Assembly: GCF_009914755.1 (NCBI RefSeq)
Contig: NC_060934.1
Origin: the human T2T-CHM13v2.0 reference genome, Homo sapiens
Reading direction: 5' to 3' (one strand)
DNA: 64,000 nt
The position numbers and the translations under genes were made by a program. A model generated the notes under the pieces. The model was not told where the DNA came from and did not search any database. It saw only the letters and a program-made list of their open reading frames with translations. This document shows, piece by piece, positions 57,368 through 64,000 of this stretch. Each line of letters opens with the position of its first letter. Positions within the stretch are counted from its first letter, which is position 1.

Positions 57368-58114
57368 CTTTAGGAGAAAATAAGGAACAAATAAGTCACT
57401 GATGAAGAAAAGTTTCCACCACACACTTCAAGCATTCTCTTTTTTAGTTGTTTCTTCATTGCTGCTCGGCACAGGAAGTGTGATAACTGTCACCCTTACT
57501 TATAAATGTCAGATAGCCTTACTCTTTTATACTCAAACCCCAACTATTTGTTTAATGCCCTATTCAAGCTTCCATTAAATCTTTGATCACTCTCTAATTC
57601 AAGTAAAAATGATTTCTCCTTCCTCAAAGCTACCTGATTCTTGTCCATGCCTCTCACTTAGCTCATAACTATATTTAACATACTTTAGGTTGCTGTTTAA
57701 CTTGATTAGTGTCCATATCCTCTTCGTTGAGAAGTCTAGGACACTTCAGATGGCAGGAACAAGGTGATGCACATCTCTGGAGAGTCCACAATACCAGGCA
57801 CAATGCTGTTTACACTAGCATTCTGCAAGTATTTGTTGACTGACGGACATTAGTATTTTCCTGGGGGAAAATATAAGTGTTCAGGAAATGTTAACAGATT
57901 ATCTTTAATCGATAACTAAATGAAATCTTTTTTTCTATGACCAAGCAGTGTCACGGATAGGTCAGCCAAGTATAGATCACCTAAGGACTTGGGCACAGAA
58001 TGTTGTGAGGAAATTAACTGTTCAATGACAAAAGGACTCTGAACAGGACCTACCATTACAGATTAACAGGAAGGATGTAGACATGCACACAGTCATATGC
58101 ATATGGAACAATGA

Positions 58115-59225
58115 CCTCAAACTATAAAAATCCGAGAAAAAAACCTAGGAAATACCATTCTGGACACTGGCCTTGGCAAGGAATTTGTAGCTAAGACCTC
58201 AATTGCAACAAAAAAATTGACAAGTGAGGCCTAATTAAACTAAAGAGCTTTTGCACAGCAAAAGAACTATCAACAGCATAAACAGACCTTACAGAATGGG
58301 AGAAAATATTCAAAAACTATGCATCCAACAAAGGTCTAATATCCAGAATCCATAAGGAACTTAAGCAATTCAACAAGCAAATAACCTCATTAAAAAGTGG
58401 GCAAAGGACATAAACAAACACTTCTCAAAAGAATACATAAAAACAGCCAACAAACATATGAAAAAATGTTTAACATCACTGATCATCGGAGAAATGCAAA
58501 TCAAAACCAAAATGAGATACCATCTCATGCCAGTGAGAAGAGCTATTATTAAAAAGTCGAAAAATAATATGCTGGTGAGGCTGCAGAGAAAAGGCAATTC
58601 TTATACACTGCTGGTGGGAATGTAAATTAGCTCAGCCACTGTGGACAGCAGTTTGGAGAGTTCTCAAAGAACTTAAAAACAGAACTACCATCCAACCAGC
58701 AATCCCATTTCCTAAAGGAAAATAAATCGTTCTACAAACAAGACACATGAACTCCTATGTTCATGACAGCACTATGTACAATAGCAAAGACATGGAATCA
58801 ACCAAGGTGTCCATCAAAGAAAACGTGGTATATATACATCATGGAATACTATGTAGCCATAAAAAAATAAAATCATGTCCTTGGCAGCAACATGGATGCA
58901 GCTGGAGGCCATTATCCTAAGTGAATTAACTTAGGAACAGAAAATTAAGTACTGCATGTCCTCACTTATAAGTGGGAGTGAAACATTACGTACACATGAA
59001 CACAAAGATGGCAGCAATAGACACCGGGGACTACTAGAGGAAGGAGAGAGGGAGGAGGGAGGCAAGAGTTGAAAAAGTTAACTATTGGGTACTATGCTCA
59101 GTACCTAGGTGACAGGATCATCCATAACCCAAACCTTAGCATCACACAATATACTCATGTAACAAATCTTGTGGCACATGTAACCCCTGAATCTAAAATA
59201 AAAGTTGAAATGATTTTTAAAAATA
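58115..59225 (+). mobile_element. L1PB-like 3' fragment
   Basis: ORF2 end plus 3'UTR ending AAAATAAAAGTTGAAAT. Confidence 0.85.
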
Positions 59226-59360
59226 CAAAGATGTACGTACTAAATGCATCACTCTTTACTATTAGCAATACTGTAAAAAAAATAGAATCTACAAAAGTAA
59301 TCTGGCAGTCTCATTCATTCATTCAACAAACCATTATTGAAAACCCACTGCCTAAAATTA

Positions 59361-59626
59361 CCCAGCACTTTGGAGGCCAAGGTGGGAGGATCACTTGAGA
59401 ACAGGAGTTCTAGACAAGCCTGAGCAATATAGCGAGACCCTGTCTCTACAAAATGAAAAAATAAGTAGGGCTTGGTGGCATTTGCCTGTAATCTCAGGTA
59501 CTTAGGAGGCTGAGGTGGGAGGAGCACTTGAGCCCAGGAGTTTGAGGCTACAGTGAGCTATGATCATGCCACTGTACTACAGTCTGGGTGACAGAGTGAG
59601 CTCCTGTTTCAAAAAAAAGAAAAAAA
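59361..59626 (+). mobile_element. AluJ, 5'-truncated
   Basis: AluJ-type arms. Confidence 0.88.
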
Positions 59627-59668
59627 TGATTTTAAATAGGCAAACTTTTGCTGTTAAAAAGAATCAAG

Positions 59669-60045
<377 letters not shown>

Positions 60046-60331
60046 TCATGTTGGCTCTTTAAAGCAGATTTAGACAGATTTAATCCAAAAATTCATCTAC
60101 CCACCCCCCTGTAAAACTGTATTCCAGACAGTTAAGGTACACTAAAAATATTTTATCTCATTGCTTAGAGCAATGCAGACAGTTTACTTTGCCTACACAC
60201 TAGCAAACTTAAAATTATCCTAGAAACTCTTTCAAAGAGATACTGTTTCGTTTCAGTCCCCAAGTCCCTAGGTTCCCAAGTTGATGACTGAGGACAAAGA
60301 GATGTGCTATAAGCAGTAAGAATAAACTTAC

Positions 60332-60461
60332 CCTTGGAGCCTTGTCCAAACAAAAGCTCTTTACCTGAGATTAAGGCAGCATTGGCAAAAGTACTCCTTT
60401 TCCCTGTAAATTAGCTGCTGACCCATTCTTATGCTCCATGGCGTAATATTTTCTTCTAAAA
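60332..60461 (-). pseudogene. Fossil exon: F*KKILRHGA*EWVSS*FTGKRSTFANAALISGKELLFGQGSK (start of kinase Gly loop)
   Basis: Long pyrimidine tract plus AG, AGG|GTAAGT donor, 130 nt, phase 0-1. Confidence 0.65.
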
Positions 60462-60924
60462 CTTTAGAGGAAAAGGCAAAAACAGAAAGCCTTTTTGCCA
60501 ACCACAAAAATTTATATACTTTAAATTGTGGGGAAAAGAAGAGCCAGTATATACTTTTAAAACCAGAGAAAAAGGAAATAAGTATCTCCCCAACGCTCAA
60601 CTACAAACTTCTAACAGCTGACTAGTAAAGAAAAGCAGAAATATTGTAGTTACAGTTAAGCTGCTTTGCATCTGAGGCAACTTAAAATGATCTACTGATA
60701 AGTAGGCTAAAAGTAAGATGGTAGGGCCAAAATTTATCCTTTTAGAATTAAAACTCATTTTTAAAGTGTGTTTTAAGAAGAAAAGATGTAATCTTTAATA
60801 TGGCAATAGGGTTTCATTCAACCAGAAAGTCACTAAACTACGAATGAATAGATTCAAAAATCTACAAAATTAACCTGACAACAAATATGGCTGCTAAATT
60901 TTAATTTTAAAACTAATATGTTAC

Positions 60925-61097
60925 TGCTCTGGTGTTGTTTTAAATTAAAGGATTTCTTCTGGGACTGCAAAGGAATGAATATTTAGCCTATCTCATGAAG
61001 GAAGGAGCGATTTCTTGTCTTAAAAACAGGAGGTTCGCCTACAAGATCACCTGGGACACACTTGGCCAGTGCAAGCAGGCCAGAAGGTTACTGGAGC
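60925..61097 (-). pseudogene. Fossil exon: LQ*PSGLLALAKCVPGDLVGEPPVFKTRNRSF (cNMP phosphate-binding-cassette-like GDxxGE...R)
   Basis: CATTCCCAG acceptor in phase 2; 3' boundary uncertain. Confidence 0.55.
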
Positions 61098-61716
61098 CTG
61101 GGAATGTTTAACATCAAGAAAGGAATTACAACTCAGTAAGATCAGAAGGAACTACACAGGAAATGTGAACAGTAACCCTTTCATAGCTCTGTACCCCCTC
61201 CCACTGCCTGTGATAAATGAAGTCCTGCTGCTGCCCAGTTATGTGAATATACAAGCCAGGAGCAGAGAGGGATGGAGAAAAAGGGGAAAAAAAGACATTT
61301 TATATATATATACACAGAGCACAGCATAAATTTATAACGGCATGATAAAATCATGCTGTTCCGCAAAACAGCCTCTAGCCTAATTGCTACATATGTACTA
61401 TATCACTGCCTTACCCAACAGTGCCCTAAGTAAAAATTCCAAAGACACTTGAAGGATCAGGCAGCGGTAGGTTGATGGGATAGTTGGCAAACTCATCCTA
61501 AGTAGGGAAACGTGGCTCCTATAAAGCTGACCAAACAGGTCTCCACCCTGGCTTATGTTTAAACATCTTGTTCCTAGTCAGTCTGTAGGGAAAGCATTCT
61601 TTCCACAATAACACACAATCAAATCAGAAATTCCTACTCCATCCTTTATCTACTCTATGTAAAAGTTTCTTCAATATTCTAAGCCAGAAGCTTAGAGAAT
61701 TTAACTGAATGTAAAC

Positions 61717-62023
<307 letters not shown>

Positions 62024-62171
62024 TCTGATTGTAAACTTTATTATAGCCTAGCTATAGTGAAGGCATGGTAAAATATTTCTAGCTGTTACTTGGAAAAGCA
62101 GATGTGACCATACAGATCTTAGATACCTTTAGAGACCCGTGGTTGGGATCTGAAGAAAACAAGACACTTAC

Positions 62172-62238
62172 CACAACTGCCTCTGGATAAAGGGGAAATG
62201 CTCAGTTTCCACAAACCAGTGAGTATGAGAGCTATTAA
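62172..62238 (-). pseudogene. Fossil exon: INSSHTHWFVETEHFPFIQRQL (cNMP domain)
   Basis: TATTTTTACAG acceptor, GTG|GTAAGT donor, 67 nt, phase 1-2. Confidence 0.65.
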
Positions 62239-62972
62239 CTGTAAAAATACACACAGTCCTCAGATGGTGAGGGCATGGGTTAGGGTAACAAAAATACAAT
62301 GGAGAAAAAAGTGGCATTTCCAATGTGACACATTTAAAATATGGAATGGAATTTCATGGGTCACTTGGAAATAAGATTTTTTTTTCATTGGTATAACTTC
62401 AGGCTAGAGATGGTTTGCCACAGAGTAAGTCAAAAAAAATAAAAGAATATGGAGATGACGATGAAAATGACAACTGCCAATAAAAGTCAAAAGGATAGAT
62501 TTTGAGAACTCTCCAGAAGAGGGAACAAAAAAATCAAAAGATTTTTTCCCTTGGCAAAGTGCCCCCTCCAAAGCACACATAGTCTGCTTCAACCAACAGC
62601 CTATACCCACAGTGTTTTCATATACTAAATGGCATATCACTAAATAACAGTAAATGAGATTAAACTGTAGACTTCCTAGTTGCCTTAAACAACTGATGGT
62701 TAATTTCTTGAACACTGAATAACAAATATGCAGTCTCATGACACTGTAAGAAGCTAAAGGTGCTCATTCTTTCCATGAATTCTAAATTGCTATAATACTT
62801 ATATTAGGAAAACAGAACAGTGGGAAGGAAAATTTTAAACAAACCCAGAATAAACCACACTTTTGATTGGGTTTCCAGCAATAATCAGTTCCCCATTAGA
62901 ATGTGGACCCCGAAGTATACCAAATGCAAGCTCAGTGGAGCTCAGTCTCCTCAGCTGAAAATGAGAGCTTAC

Positions 62973-63016
62973 TCTGGAAATGAGCACTTCTTAACATTTT
63001 TAACCCATGTTCCATC
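62973..63016 (-). pseudogene. Fossil exon: MEHGLKMLRSAHFQ (cNMP domain, xxGxxIxRQG-like)
   Basis: TTTAATAG acceptor, AGA|GTAAGC donor, 44 nt, phase 2-1. Confidence 0.6.
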
Positions 63017-63385
63017 CTATTAAACATAAAAACCTCATACTCCCATTGAATGTTATTTGTGACTTCATAACCAAAACCAAAACCAAACCAAAGCAAGGTA
63101 AGTTTTTATTGTTTTTTTTTCAGTGTCTCATCATAACCATTTACAAATTCATTTATTTACAAATACTTGCATAAATGGACAGATATTAATAATTAATGCT
63201 TTTTTAAATCTTGAAGACAAAAAAGATTTTAAAAAGCCTATGAAGAATAATGATGACAATGAAATGATATTTACTGAGACCTTTGGCAAATGATATTTAC
63301 TGGGACCTTCTTCTCTCCTCCAGAGTTACTATTAATATAAATGATCCTTTCTTTACTAGCATTCAGCCAGAAGAAATGCTGGCTG

Positions 63386-63386
<1 letters not shown>

Positions 63387-63442
<56 letters not shown>

Positions 63443-63446
63443 TATA
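63387..63446. repeat. (CA)n microsatellite
   Basis: Direct reading. Confidence 0.97.
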
Positions 63447-63461
63447 TTAGGCCTTCAATAT

Positions 63462-63503
63462 TTGTTAAATGTTAAAAGAGGTGATAGGTCCTCTTTTACT
63501 ATT
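63462..63503 (-). pseudogene. Fossil exon: IVKEDLSPLLTFN(K), compare Epac2 VKRELAGVLIF
   Basis: Acceptor GTTATTTTCAG; 42 nt; phase 2-2 if the donor decayed to AA|ATATTG. Confidence 0.5.
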
Positions 63504-63928
63504 CTGAAAATAACAGAACCCTAATATAGTAACCTTTCTCAAGTAATAAAGGATAGAAGCAAGTAGGTTAAGTCTTTGGTATAGAGGTGAACTGTAGAAG
63601 CTTTTGACAACAGTTATGTTAATGAAAACAGTAAGAACACCACCTAATACTAGCACATTTATAAAACACTTAGCAATGTCTAACGTACTTTATGTAATTT
63701 CGACCCTACAGCTGTATGAAGTGAATATTATTATTTGATTAAAACAGTGTCATGAAGCTGTTCAAAGTCACACAGCTAGTTAAGCAGCAGAGCTCAGACT
63801 TAAAACTCTCTGAGAGCTATCCCATTCACTAACAGCTCTTTATTTTGTCATGAAATGTGGAAAATATCCTCATCCAAACTCCAAAATCAGCATATACATA
63901 AGCACAACCTTTTTTTCTCTCAACCTAC

Positions 63929-64000
63929 CCAATACCCCTTTCTACCAATTCCCATAAAAATTCTTGGAGTTCCTATTGCAGCGTCTTTATGTCTTCATAC
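63929..64000 (-). pseudogene. Fossil exon, cut by window edge: YEDIKTLQ*ELQEFLWELVERGI, helix before the cNMP domain
   Basis: Donor GG|GTAGGT, phase 2. Confidence 0.5.

Noticed and set aside
57471-57486. Adjacent ETS and GATA motifs (ACAGGAAGTGTGATAA)
   Set aside because: A single short motif pair is not enough to call an enhancer
60951-61110. Plus-strand open stretch FLLGLQRNEYLAYLMKEG...
   Set aside because: No recognisable family; overlaps the cNMP-like minus-strand exon, so probably an antisense shadow

Overview
AT-rich, repeat-dense hominoid (probably human) genomic DNA with no intact host protein-coding gene. Nearly all listed ORFs are Alu, L1 or LTR shadows. Main result: the small non-repetitive islands between the repeats hold about 23 minus-strand exon-like segments (about 8.6 kb to beyond 64 kb). 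Most keep AG/GT splice signals and most join in compatible phase. Stitched together, the stop-riddled translation resembles, in order, an Epac-like cyclic-nucleotide-binding domain, a TKL-like protein kinase domain, a RasGEF-N (REM) domain and a CDC25 RasGEF domain. This looks like the fossil of a lost cNMP-kinase-RasGEF signalling gene, an architecture I do not know from any human gene. The domain calls are by-eye motif alignments and need HMM/BLAST confirmation. Its introns contain an ancient DDX10 retrocopy, an LTR12 solo LTR inside an Alu, and a full-length L1PA2/3 with an inverted 5'UTR (antisense promoter and ORF0 now colinear with an intact ORF1). The 3' end of that L1 appears overwritten by gene conversion from a neighbouring inverted L1. 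Also present: a templated 96-bp insertion, an L1HS-like micro-insertion, about 20 Alus, MaLR/ERV LTRs, L2, MIR, old L1M and a hAT transposase fossil.
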